A stretch of DNA of 64,000 bases from Verrucomicrobiota bacterium. GTDB lineage: Bacteria > Verrucomicrobiota > Verrucomicrobiia > Limisphaerales > UBA8199. Shown in pieces: positions 46,609 through 54,360 of this stretch. Below the pieces are notes generated by a model, which worked only from the letters and a program-made list of their open reading frames with translations, made no database searches and was not told the DNA's origin. Every line of letters begins with the position of its first letter. Positions within the stretch are counted from its first letter, which is position 1. A program made the translations under genes and the position numbers. The DNA is taken from contig JBDHQH010000002.1 in NCBI GenBank assembly GCA_039806935.1, forward strand, positions 33,872 through 97,871, in the 5' to 3' direction.

Positions 46609-48813
46609 TCAAGGGGAACGGAACGCGAAAGTCCAGCCGTGGCTGTCCTGGCCGGCGAGCGACGATCCATCTACCGCCAGCGTGAGAGTGTCCCGCCCCC
46701 CCTTGAACCAGGGTTCAATCGCGGTGCGCGCGACTCCGTACGTGTTCGGCCGGATATCGAAAACCAAGCTGATCACACCCGCTTCAGGATAAATTTTTCC
46801 GGCGAGTTGGCGGTAGAGCGTCGGGGCGGCGGCGGACTCCAGCCGGGCCTCGAGCGTGTTTGCGCCGGACTCGACCTTCAGCAAGAGCAGGCGCAGTTGA
46901 CTGCGCTGGGACCGAGCGGCGTCCACGGCATCCCCGGAGGCCACCACTCCAGCCCGGAGCAGCGATTGCAACACCTGCTGGCGCATCGCGCCCATTTGGC
47001 GACGTCTCGTGGTCTCTTCAAGGGAAAGAGGCTCGAAACGAAATGTTTGTCCGCGGTAATCACCCATCAGCGTGTCATTTTCCATGTGCAAGGCCAGCGA
47101 CGAAAGTCTCGGCAGGAAGGCTTTCGGAGGAATGCCGGGTGGAACAGAGTCGCGGATCTGCGTCAGGCGGAGGGGCCAGTGGGCCTCGCGATAGCGGTTG
47201 CCGATTAAGGGACCGGCCAATTGGAACTGCCAGGCAGGATGTGAGGGATCCTCGAGCACCGCCTGGACAGGCGATCCCGCATCGGGGACGCCTCCAAACC
47301 GCAACAGTATTTGTTCGCTCCCGGTCGCGCTGGTTTTCACCACTCCCGAGTAGATAGCCGCCGGTTGCAGCGCATCCAACATGGCAAAATAATCAGGGCT
47401 GGCGGCGCGTTTGACGTGTTCGGTTTCCTCGTCCGGCACCCGGGACCACTCGCTGGCCGTCCCCGCGAGACTGCCGATCAACCGTTCCCCTTTCACGGCA
47501 AGCAAAAGATGGATCATCTGCGGGTTGTCCAGCACCGGACCTCCCGAGCGAATTACTTGATCAGAAAGCGAAGTGAGCGCCACCTGAAAGCCCTCGGTGG
47601 CGGAATCGTATTTCCATTCCCCCTCGAATAACCGGCCATCTCCCCAGCCGCCGTCGTTGTGAAACATCGCTTTCAGAGTATGTATGTCAGAGTTGGCGGA
47701 GGATTCGATTATTTCCAGATACACCGGACGGCTCTCCTTGCGCACGGCCACGGTGCTGGTGAAGATCGCGCCCGGGCGGAAAAAGCCGGTAAGCGCCTGC
47801 TCTTCGCTCCGGTGGCCGGCCATCGCTTCCGCGAGGAGCTTTTGGCGCGCCTCTTGAAGTTTCGCCAGCGTCCCGGTTTGCTCGCCCGCGAGGGCGCGCA
47901 ATCGCGCGAGATCTTCAGGGCGTCCGACGTCAAAGGCTTCACCTTCGAGTTGTCCGCGAGGGCGCTGGTCCTGAGGAAAGGCCCCGATCGAGAGATTATC
48001 CAAGCTCACCTGCCAGGAACCACCCCGCCTCACGGCGCGAAGCCCTGCCGAACCGTCAAAGGCCTTGCCGGGGGGCGTGGCTAGCTTGACGAGCGCGATG
48101 CGCGTCAAATCCGGTGGGCGAACCGAAAAGCCGGCGATTTGCAGCAGCCGCGGCCCTTCTTTGGCGCTGAGCAGCTCAGTGATTTGCCGGTTTGCGCCCA
48201 GATCCATTTTCATTTCCTCCTCGAGATACCGGGCAGCGGGAAGCGGAGCGTACAAGGGCTGAATCAACGTGGCGGTGAAGGTGGCAGAGATGCCGGCTAC
48301 ACCCCGATACTGCGGGCCGGCTCGAAAAGAAAGCGATTTCAACGCGAGTCCTCGCTGGGCAAGCGCCGGGGCCAGAGCATTCTCAAGGGCAGAGCGAGGG
48401 AGGGCGGGAGGACGCCGTTGCCAGTGGATGTATGCGGGGATCGCGAGGATCGCCGCCGCGACCACCGCCACCGTTGCCCAGCGGATTACTCGCTGGCGAG
48501 CGGCGGCGGTTTCGGCGGCTTGCTTTTCGTCGCGCAGCCGCTCGAGTCGTGCGCGGAGTTGCGCTCCCTGTTGTTCTCGGAGGCGAAGGTGAGCCAGGGT
48601 CTTTCGTTCCTCGGCCAGCCGGTTTAACGCCCATTGGCAGCGCTGGGCTGCCGGTCGTGAAGCCACCTCGGGCGGCAAGGGAGCCGGGTTGGCGATGGAT
48701 TCGCCGACGCCGGAGTGTCCGAGATGGGCTTCGAGTTCCCGGCGCGCGGTGGTGGCCGCGGTCCACTTGGAGAGGCATGCCCGAAAGAGGATGGGTTCAA
48801 AATCTTTTCCCAT
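46609..48813 (-). CDS. Single-pass membrane protein (734 aa), last gene of the FtsK/WXG-like operon
   Basis: The cytoplasmic N-terminus has a coiled-coil-like stretch (LRLREQQGAQLRARLERLRDEKQAAE). One TM segment, WATVAVVAAAILAIPAYIHW, is encoded at 48421-48480, followed by a C-terminal domain of about 600 aa. No family recognised. Confidence 0.8.
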   Translation of the reverse strand: MGKDFEPILFRACLSKWTAATTARRELEAHLGHSGVGESIANPAPLPPEVASRPAAQRCQWALNRLAEERKTLAHLRLREQQGAQLRARLERLRDEKQAAETAAARQRVIRWATVAVVAAAILAIPAYIHWQRRPPALPRSALENALAPALAQRGLALKSLSFRAGPQYRGVAGISATFTATLIQPLYAPLPAARYLEEEMKMDLGANRQITELLSAKEGPRLLQIAGFSVRPPDLTRIALVKLATPPGKAFDGSAGLRAVRRGGSWQVSLDNLSIGAFPQDQRPRGQLEGEAFDVGRPEDLARLRALAGEQTGTLAKLQEARQKLLAEAMAGHRSEEQALTGFFRPGAIFTSTVAVRKESRPVYLEIIESSANSDIHTLKAMFHNDGGWGDGRLFEGEWKYDSATEGFQVALTSLSDQVIRSGGPVLDNPQMIHLLLAVKGERLIGSLAGTASEWSRVPDEETEHVKRAASPDYFAMLDALQPAAIYSGVVKTSATGSEQILLRFGGVPDAGSPVQAVLEDPSHPAWQFQLAGPLIGNRYREAHWPLRLTQIRDSVPPGIPPKAFLPRLSSLALHMENDTLMGDYRGQTFRFEPLSLEETTRRRQMGAMRQQVLQSLLRAGVVASGDAVDAARSQRSQLRLLLLKVESGANTLEARLESAAAPTLYRQLAGKIYPEAGVISLVFDIRPNTYGVARTAIEPWFKGGRDTLTLAVDGSSLAGQDSHGWTFAFRSP

Positions 48814-48829
48814 AAACGAAATTGTGGTG

Positions 48830-49237
48830 TCAGTCGCTTCCGGCGGCGGTCGCCTGGGCGATCAGGCCTCTCACGCCCGCGGCTAGATGATCGGTTTGAT
48901 CCGCCTGGGCCAAGGCGGTTGACGCTTCGCGGAGCGCGGCCTGGGCGCTCTGGTCGGACGCGGCGGCATTCCGCGCGGCTTCGGCGGATTCAGCGGCGCA
49001 CTGGCGGTGCTTCTCTTCCGCAAGCAGGCCTGCCTGCGCCGCCGATGCCAATTCGCGGTGCTGGGCTGCCACGGCGGCCAGGACCGTGGATTCCGCCGCG
49101 GCTCGAGGCTGAAGAAATTTTTGTTCCGCGGCGCGCGCGTTGGCGTCCCGCCAGAGGATCCGGGCCTCGGCCAGGACGTCCGCCAGCGAGCGGGCTTGCC
49201 GCTCGAGCGCCCAAAGCAGATCTTCCCGTTCACTCAT
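48830..49237 (-). CDS. Ala-rich helical protein (135 aa) with a W-R-D motif
   Basis: ATGA overlap with the upstream gene. ILWRDANARAAEQKF at residues 27-41. Composition predicts an all-helical protein. Confidence 0.7.
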   Translation of the reverse strand: MSEREDLLWALERQARSLADVLAEARILWRDANARAAEQKFLQPRAAAESTVLAAVAAQHRELASAAQAGLLAEEKHRQCAAESAEAARNAAASDQSAQAALREASTALAQADQTDHLAAGVRGLIAQATAAGSD

Positions 49238-50187
49238 GGCAAAACCCCCGGGCGGTTGAGTTCTTGCAAGGCTTCGATGGCGCGATCGATTTCTCCGCGT
49301 CCGGTGTCTTCGTAAATGGTGATTTCCGAAGCTGAATGTTCAGCCAGCCGGAGCTGGGCGGCCGCGTCTCTGATGCGGATGCCCGCAAGCTGAGCGGCTC
49401 CCGTTAGTTCCTCACTCGCGGAGTGTTCGCGATTCACTGCCGCGCGGGCCTCGTTGGATGCCTGTCGCGCCGCCGCGGCCAGGCGCAGTGCGCCATGCGC
49501 GGCGCTCACGGCGGCATGGCCGGACGCCACTGCGCGAGTGGCGGCCCCCAGCGCCGCTTCGGCATGTTCCACCGCGTGGGAACAGGCGGCCACTCGAGAC
49601 TCGGCGCGGCTGACTTCCCGTCGCGCGGTCTCGACTTGTCCTCGAGCCGCAGTCACGGCGCGTTCGGCGCTGGCCAGGGCGGCATACAGACTCGAGCAGT
49701 CACGCGCCGGGCCGTTCGGGTCGCGTGGCGCGGAGGCGCACGCGCGATACGCGCTGGCGGCGGCGGCGCAACGCCGTTCACATTCCGCAAGCACGCTCAG
49801 GGCAGCGGCCAAATCGCGCCGCGCGGTTTCGAGCCTCTCGCGGGCCTTTGCCAGATTGCCTCGCCAGAGCGCCACGGCCGCGTGGGCCTCCCGCAAGGCT
49901 GCTTGCGCATTGGCCAGTGCCTGGCCGCCACGCTCCTGGCTTCGCCGCGCGGAGGCTTCAGCCTGGCCGGCGAGATGCTCCGCTTCCCGGACGCGCCGTT
50001 CGTCTTCTCGCGCAGCCTCCGTCGCCAGAGCGGCCAGGCCCTGGACTCGGCGGGCGTGCTCCTCGGAGTGCCATTGCTCGCGGGCAGTGTCCTCCATTCC
50101 TGAACGCAGCACGGAACCACTGCGCCGAAGCTCGTAAGCCACGGATTCCAAAGCGTTGATTAAGGCGGTGGGATTATGCTGGGTCAT
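49234..50187 (-). CDS. Ala-rich long helical-hairpin protein (317 aa) with a canonical W-x-G motif
   Basis: 4-nt overlaps at both ends. ALWRGNLAKA (W108-R-G110, encoded at 49858-49866). Central Cys/Pro turn ECERRCAAAASAYRACASAPRDPNGPARDC. Confidence 0.75.
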   Translation of the reverse strand: MTQHNPTALINALESVAYELRRSGSVLRSGMEDTAREQWHSEEHARRVQGLAALATEAAREDERRVREAEHLAGQAEASARRSQERGGQALANAQAALREAHAAVALWRGNLAKARERLETARRDLAAALSVLAECERRCAAAASAYRACASAPRDPNGPARDCSSLYAALASAERAVTAARGQVETARREVSRAESRVAACSHAVEHAEAALGAATRAVASGHAAVSAAHGALRLAAAARQASNEARAAVNREHSASEELTGAAQLAGIRIRDAAAQLRLAEHSASEITIYEDTGRGEIDRAIEALQELNRPGVLP

Positions 50188-50477
50188 GGCAAGTCCGGAT
50201 GGGTGCGATTAGCCTCCCGTAAAGCGTCGAGGCGTTGACCAAGCAATGGGCGCAGACGCTCGATGGCGCCGAGGTAATCCTCGAACAGGCGCTCGGTGCG
50301 GAGCCACCCGGCGCGGAACTGTTCCGCCGCCTCGCCCTCGTAAACCTCGGAAAGCGCCCGCCAGGAGCTTTGTAGTGGCGGCAATTCCGATCGCAAAAGG
50401 CCAGTCTGCCGGGTGAGAGCCGCCTGATAATCCTCCAACGCCGCCGCCAGATATTTCAGATTTTCGGCCGTGCTCAT
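50184..50477 (-). CDS. WXG100-like small helical hairpin protein (97 aa, Y-E-G variant)
   Basis: The length and the central motif EVYEGEAAEQFRAGW (residues 44-58) mirror the ESAT-6-type pattern W-x-G-x4-A-[YF]. It immediately follows a second small helical protein. Confidence 0.7.
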   Translation of the reverse strand: MSTAENLKYLAAALEDYQAALTRQTGLLRSELPPLQSSWRALSEVYEGEAAEQFRAGWLRTERLFEDYLGAIERLRPLLGQRLDALREANRTHPDLP

Positions 50478-50480
50478 GAT

Positions 50481-50753
50481 TTAGGAACCAAGGAGATACC
50501 GGCGCAGGGCGGCGGATTTTTCGCGCAGAAAAAGTTCGAACGCGGGCGCTTCGCGCGCGCGGTACCGTTCCAACTGCTGGGCGAGTGGCTGATAAAGAGC
50601 GTCATAATCGCGCCGGAAAGAATCCTTCCAAAGCGGCGCCAGCCGGTCATGCGCCGACGCCAGTTCGCGGGCGGCGATGCTGAGCCGCTCGTGAAAGGCG
50701 CGTAAATCCCGGTGGAAACGCTCGAGGCGGGCCAATTGATCGTCCATGCTCAT
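50481..50753 (-). CDS. WXG100-like small helical hairpin protein (90 aa, W-K-D variant)
   Basis: Central motif PLWKDSFRRDY (W42). Its start overlaps the ATPase stop by 4 nt. It is predicted all-helical. Confidence 0.65.
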   Translation of the reverse strand: MSMDDQLARLERFHRDLRAFHERLSIAARELASAHDRLAPLWKDSFRRDYDALYQPLAQQLERYRAREAPAFELFLREKSAALRRYLLGS

Positions 50754-53700
50754 GTGGAGTGGGCGGACCGGCGGGCGAGGATTTGCGCGAGCGCCGGCAA
50801 CTCGGCCAGCGCGCCGTGGTTCGAGTCATCGCCACTTTCCAGTCGCGCGGCTACCGGCGGTTTGAAACGGACCAGACTCCCGGTATCCGCGTTGAAAATG
50901 AGAGCGCAGATGGGAAGATCGCCATCCGCTTGCAAGGTGGCCGCCACACGTTTGCCGGTCAGATCACCGGATTCGTCCTCGGGCATTTGCAAAAGCAGAC
51001 GGTGGTCAAAATGGGAGACACCTTTGCGCAGGTCAATGAGCGCGCAGAGCGCCCGGCCGCTTCCAGTGCTCAGAATCACATGAATGCCGAGCGCCGGCCC
51101 CTCGGTAAACAACCGGCGGAGCCTTGCGCCGGCGGGCGATTCGATGGGGGTTCCGTAAGGATCCGGTTGGCGCGCCAGGCTCTCGAATCGTTCGGGCTCC
51201 AGCAGGACAACAAAGAGACTGGGGCAGGCGCCGCGAGCCAGGTCGTCGAGGCCTTTCCGAGTGTCGAGTTCCGTCTCCAACTCCCGCAACACGGCTTCGA
51301 CCTCGCCGGGGTCGGTTACCACCCGACAAGCAGAGCGTGTGCTCCTCGCGACGTGTTCGTTCCAGGCGGGGGCCACCCGCGCCCAGGGCGAGCCGCGCGG
51401 TGTGCGATCCAGCAAAACAAAACGATTGAACCGTCCCTCGAGGTTCAGCGCGAAGCTGGTTAGCACACTCAGCAATAACCCGTGCCGGGCATTCGCGTGG
51501 TTGCCAACGATCAGGAGATTGTCGTGTCGTTTGCGCTTCAGTCTCAGGTCGGCATACCCGCGCACGTTAAATTCCTGGCCGACCCAGGCGATGCGCGGAT
51601 GCTCGGCCGGGTACCATTCAGCAGCGCCCACGCCGCCCTCCGCGAGGGGGCGTTTCACCCAATGCTCGAGCTCTTCTGGTTGGGGCGCGGAGGGGAGCGC
51701 TGCCAAGGCTGCCAGCCGCGGATTATCCAGCAGCTTGGGCTGGGCCAGACCCTCGAAAACCAGCGGCGCGCGCAATTGGGGAAATCGCACGGCGGCGTGC
51801 GCGGCGAGCCCCTCGACCAGGTGTTCGCGCTCGGTCGCTCGGAGCAGCGCGATGATCCCTGAGACATTGAAGCCGTCTTGTCCGCTGCGATCGTTGAGCA
51901 CCACCTTGCCGGGGCCGTCCAGGGCATTGATGGCCTCTTTGCCAGCGCGCTGGAACTCGGTCAAGGTGGCCACTTCCGCCTGGGCAATTTTCATCGCGAC
52001 ACGCAGCGCAATCTGGCTGAAGATCTCGTCCCGGCGCAGCATGCCGCTGGCTCCGAAGCGCTGGGAAGCCAGCAGCATGTGCAGGCCGGCGCTGCGCCCC
52101 TGGGCGCCCAGCAGCGCCAGATATTTCGAGGCTTCTCCCTCCCGATCGCCTTCGAACAACTCCTGATATTCATCGACCACCAGCACCAATCGGGGCAGGG
52201 GAGGCAAATCCGGCTGAGCTTGCCGCAGCCGCGCGTAATCCTTGAAGCCGGACACCTGATATTTGCGGAAGATCCCGTTGCGCCGCTCCATTTCCTGCGC
52301 CAGATCCGCCAGCAAGCTGCGAGCGAGTTGCGGCGAGGTGTTCAAGGATAACACCTCCGAGTGCGGCAGCCGGCGGTAGGTTCGGAACTCGACTCCATCC
52401 TTGCCGTCCACGAGATAGAATTTCAACTGCTCGGGCGAATAGCGCTGCGCGAGTCCGAGGATGAACACATGGAAGAGATTCGATTTCCCCATGCCGGTGC
52501 CGGCGCCAATCACCCCATGCACACAGGGCTGACCATCCTCGCTTTCCCCAAGCAGAATGCGCAGGGCGTCCTGCTCGCTGCCGCGGGCGCCGACGGGCGT
52601 AACCACCCGTTCCACGGACGACTCCCGCCACCACGCCTCCTCCGGCAGGCCCACCAACCCGGTGAAAGAGAGTTCGGAGCGAATCGCTTCGGCCTGGCTC
52701 AACTTGGTGAGCAAGGCTGATTGCAAAGCCGCCGCCGGGGGCGCATCAAGGGCCAGCCGCCAACCCGCGCCCGCTAATTCCTCGGCCTTGGCCAGCGGGT
52801 ACCAGGCGTGAGGAAAGGCCTTGATGCCGGATTGATCCATGTCGAATCCGCGCGGGAATTCCGCTGTCGTGTCCCAATGGAGCACCAAGTAGGTGCCGCC
52901 CTCCATGCCATTGTTGGCGATGCGGCGCAACAACTCGAGGCTGCGGCTGTCCATTTCAAATCCGCGTGGAAAATCCGCCACCACAACCAATTGCAGCTTT
53001 TCGCGACGCCGTTGGTTGGTTGGAATCTGCTCAAACGAACGGACCGAACCTCCCAAATGGTTGCGAGCCACCCGCACAAAGTTTCGCTCGGCGGATTCCA
53101 GGTCCTGAAAGAGGTCGGTGTTCTCGATGCGGCCCGGCAGGCGATTGGCCCAGCGGAAGGAGTTGCCGCTGTTGTGGGGATCAAGAAAAAGAAATCGCAC
53201 CTGATTGGGTAACGCCAGGGCGATCCGCCAAATCAGGGATTGAATGGCGTCGAGCACCGGCTGGCGGCGGGCGGGCTCGCTGGCCAACACCAGGGTCCGT
53301 TGCTGCCCGACAAATGGCGCCAGGAAGGGGGATGCCGGCCCTGAACCTTGCGCGGCCTGAATTTGGCCGAGGCATAGTGAATCGGGCAAATCGGTGACTC
53401 TCTGTTGCTCGGCCGGGTTGTAGCCGGCCCAGACGGATTCGTTCCAGCCAGGCCGCAAAAGCGGCGGCACGCGGCTCCAGGCGACCCCGCATTCCTTGTC
53501 AGCCGCCTCGGAAACGGCGGCGAATTCTTTCATCGCCCCGCGCCCCTCAAGCAGCGCCCGGGCCGCCAAGACGGGCAGGAGTCGTTCCGTTGCTGATTTT
53601 AGAGCCGCAGTTTCGCCGGCCAAAGCGTCCATTTCAGCCAGCCAGGGCTCGATGCCCCGAGCCTTGCCGCGGGAGCACCGCGCCTCGAGCTCGGTGATGG

Positions 53701-53776
53701 CCGACGGCTCGCCCGCGCAGGCTCGCTCGGCTAACGCTCTCGTCTGGCTTTGTCCCGCTGTGGAAGAATCACCCAT
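50750..53776 (-). CDS. FtsK/SpoIIIE-family ATPase with three P-loop-type modules (EssC/EccC-like architecture), no TM segment
   Basis: Middle module: Walker A GAGTGMGKS (52481-52507), Walker B LVLVVDEYQ, and GRSAGLHMLLASQR (FtsK RAAGIH..ATQRP-like). The flanking modules repeat the fold pattern with degenerate P-loops: LASEPARRQPV...LQLVVVADFPRG, and VGNHANARHG...LFVVLLEPERF...ALGIHVILSTG. ATG 53776 is preferred; the track ORF opens at TTG 53914. Confidence 0.85.
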   Translation of the reverse strand: MGDSSTAGQSQTRALAERACAGEPSAITELEARCSRGKARGIEPWLAEMDALAGETAALKSATERLLPVLAARALLEGRGAMKEFAAVSEAADKECGVAWSRVPPLLRPGWNESVWAGYNPAEQQRVTDLPDSLCLGQIQAAQGSGPASPFLAPFVGQQRTLVLASEPARRQPVLDAIQSLIWRIALALPNQVRFLFLDPHNSGNSFRWANRLPGRIENTDLFQDLESAERNFVRVARNHLGGSVRSFEQIPTNQRRREKLQLVVVADFPRGFEMDSRSLELLRRIANNGMEGGTYLVLHWDTTAEFPRGFDMDQSGIKAFPHAWYPLAKAEELAGAGWRLALDAPPAAALQSALLTKLSQAEAIRSELSFTGLVGLPEEAWWRESSVERVVTPVGARGSEQDALRILLGESEDGQPCVHGVIGAGTGMGKSNLFHVFILGLAQRYSPEQLKFYLVDGKDGVEFRTYRRLPHSEVLSLNTSPQLARSLLADLAQEMERRNGIFRKYQVSGFKDYARLRQAQPDLPPLPRLVLVVDEYQELFEGDREGEASKYLALLGAQGRSAGLHMLLASQRFGASGMLRRDEIFSQIALRVAMKIAQAEVATLTEFQRAGKEAINALDGPGKVVLNDRSGQDGFNVSGIIALLRATEREHLVEGLAAHAAVRFPQLRAPLVFEGLAQPKLLDNPRLAALAALPSAPQPEELEHWVKRPLAEGGVGAAEWYPAEHPRIAWVGQEFNVRGYADLRLKRKRHDNLLIVGNHANARHGLLLSVLTSFALNLEGRFNRFVLLDRTPRGSPWARVAPAWNEHVARSTRSACRVVTDPGEVEAVLRELETELDTRKGLDDLARGACPSLFVVLLEPERFESLARQPDPYGTPIESPAGARLRRLFTEGPALGIHVILSTGSGRALCALIDLRKGVSHFDHRLLLQMPEDESGDLTGKRVAATLQADGDLPICALIFNADTGSLVRFKPPVAARLESGDDSNHGALAELPALAQILARRSAHST

Positions 53777-54360
53777 AAATACAATAGTTCGCCGCTCGAA
53801 GTCCGGTTTGCTGATCGCCCGAGTCGGTCCGCGGGGGTGTGAGCCAGCACCGGGAAACAAAACTGCGCCATCAGTTACGCGCAATACTCTTATACTGGAT
53901 TCTGATCCAGTCAACGGAAGAATGGCGTGACTGGGGCGCCGGCGGGCGCCGCAAACGCTCCGGCGTTGCGTATCGCCGATCTCTGCGATGGCCGGGGGTC
54001 CCGCACCGCCACCGCGCGGGTCAGGCTGAATGAAAACAGGGCTCTGTAGCAGCCGAAGAAAGCAATGCCAACCCCAAGGGGTTCGGGGGAAAGGGAACGG
54101 GGGAGACTGCGATGGGTTGTGCGCCCCACCGAGAAAAACGGAATGTCGAGGGTCAGTTCGAGTTCCCAGCAGGTTCGGATTTTTCCCCCGCCAGCGGAGC
54201 CAATTTGCTTTAAATCCGATTCCAAGGTGTTACTCTGCGTCCTGGGCGGAAGGCGCGGAAGGCGGTTTGTTTCAAAATTGGCTTGAGCTTCCGGGTCTCC
54301 CGCCTTAGATGATCGTGGCAAGCCGCATTCCGCGGCCACGCCCAACGACTGCCCTGAATC

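Noticed and set aside
45108-46670. Bulk of the 603-aa minus ORF
   Set aside because: It is antisense to a clear Tat-signal Gfo/Idh/MocA gene. Only its last 82 codons or so (44859..45107) look protein-like.
50481-50753. YRARE (YxxxE) read as a T7SS export signal in the 90-aa protein
   Set aside because: The four-residue pattern is too short to be significant, and it is not at the extreme C-terminus. It is kept only as a note inside a finding.
54150-54180. GTTCGAG T-loop-like sequence, a possible tRNA
   Set aside because: The flanking bases do not form a T-stem, and no acceptor or anticodon arms can be drawn.
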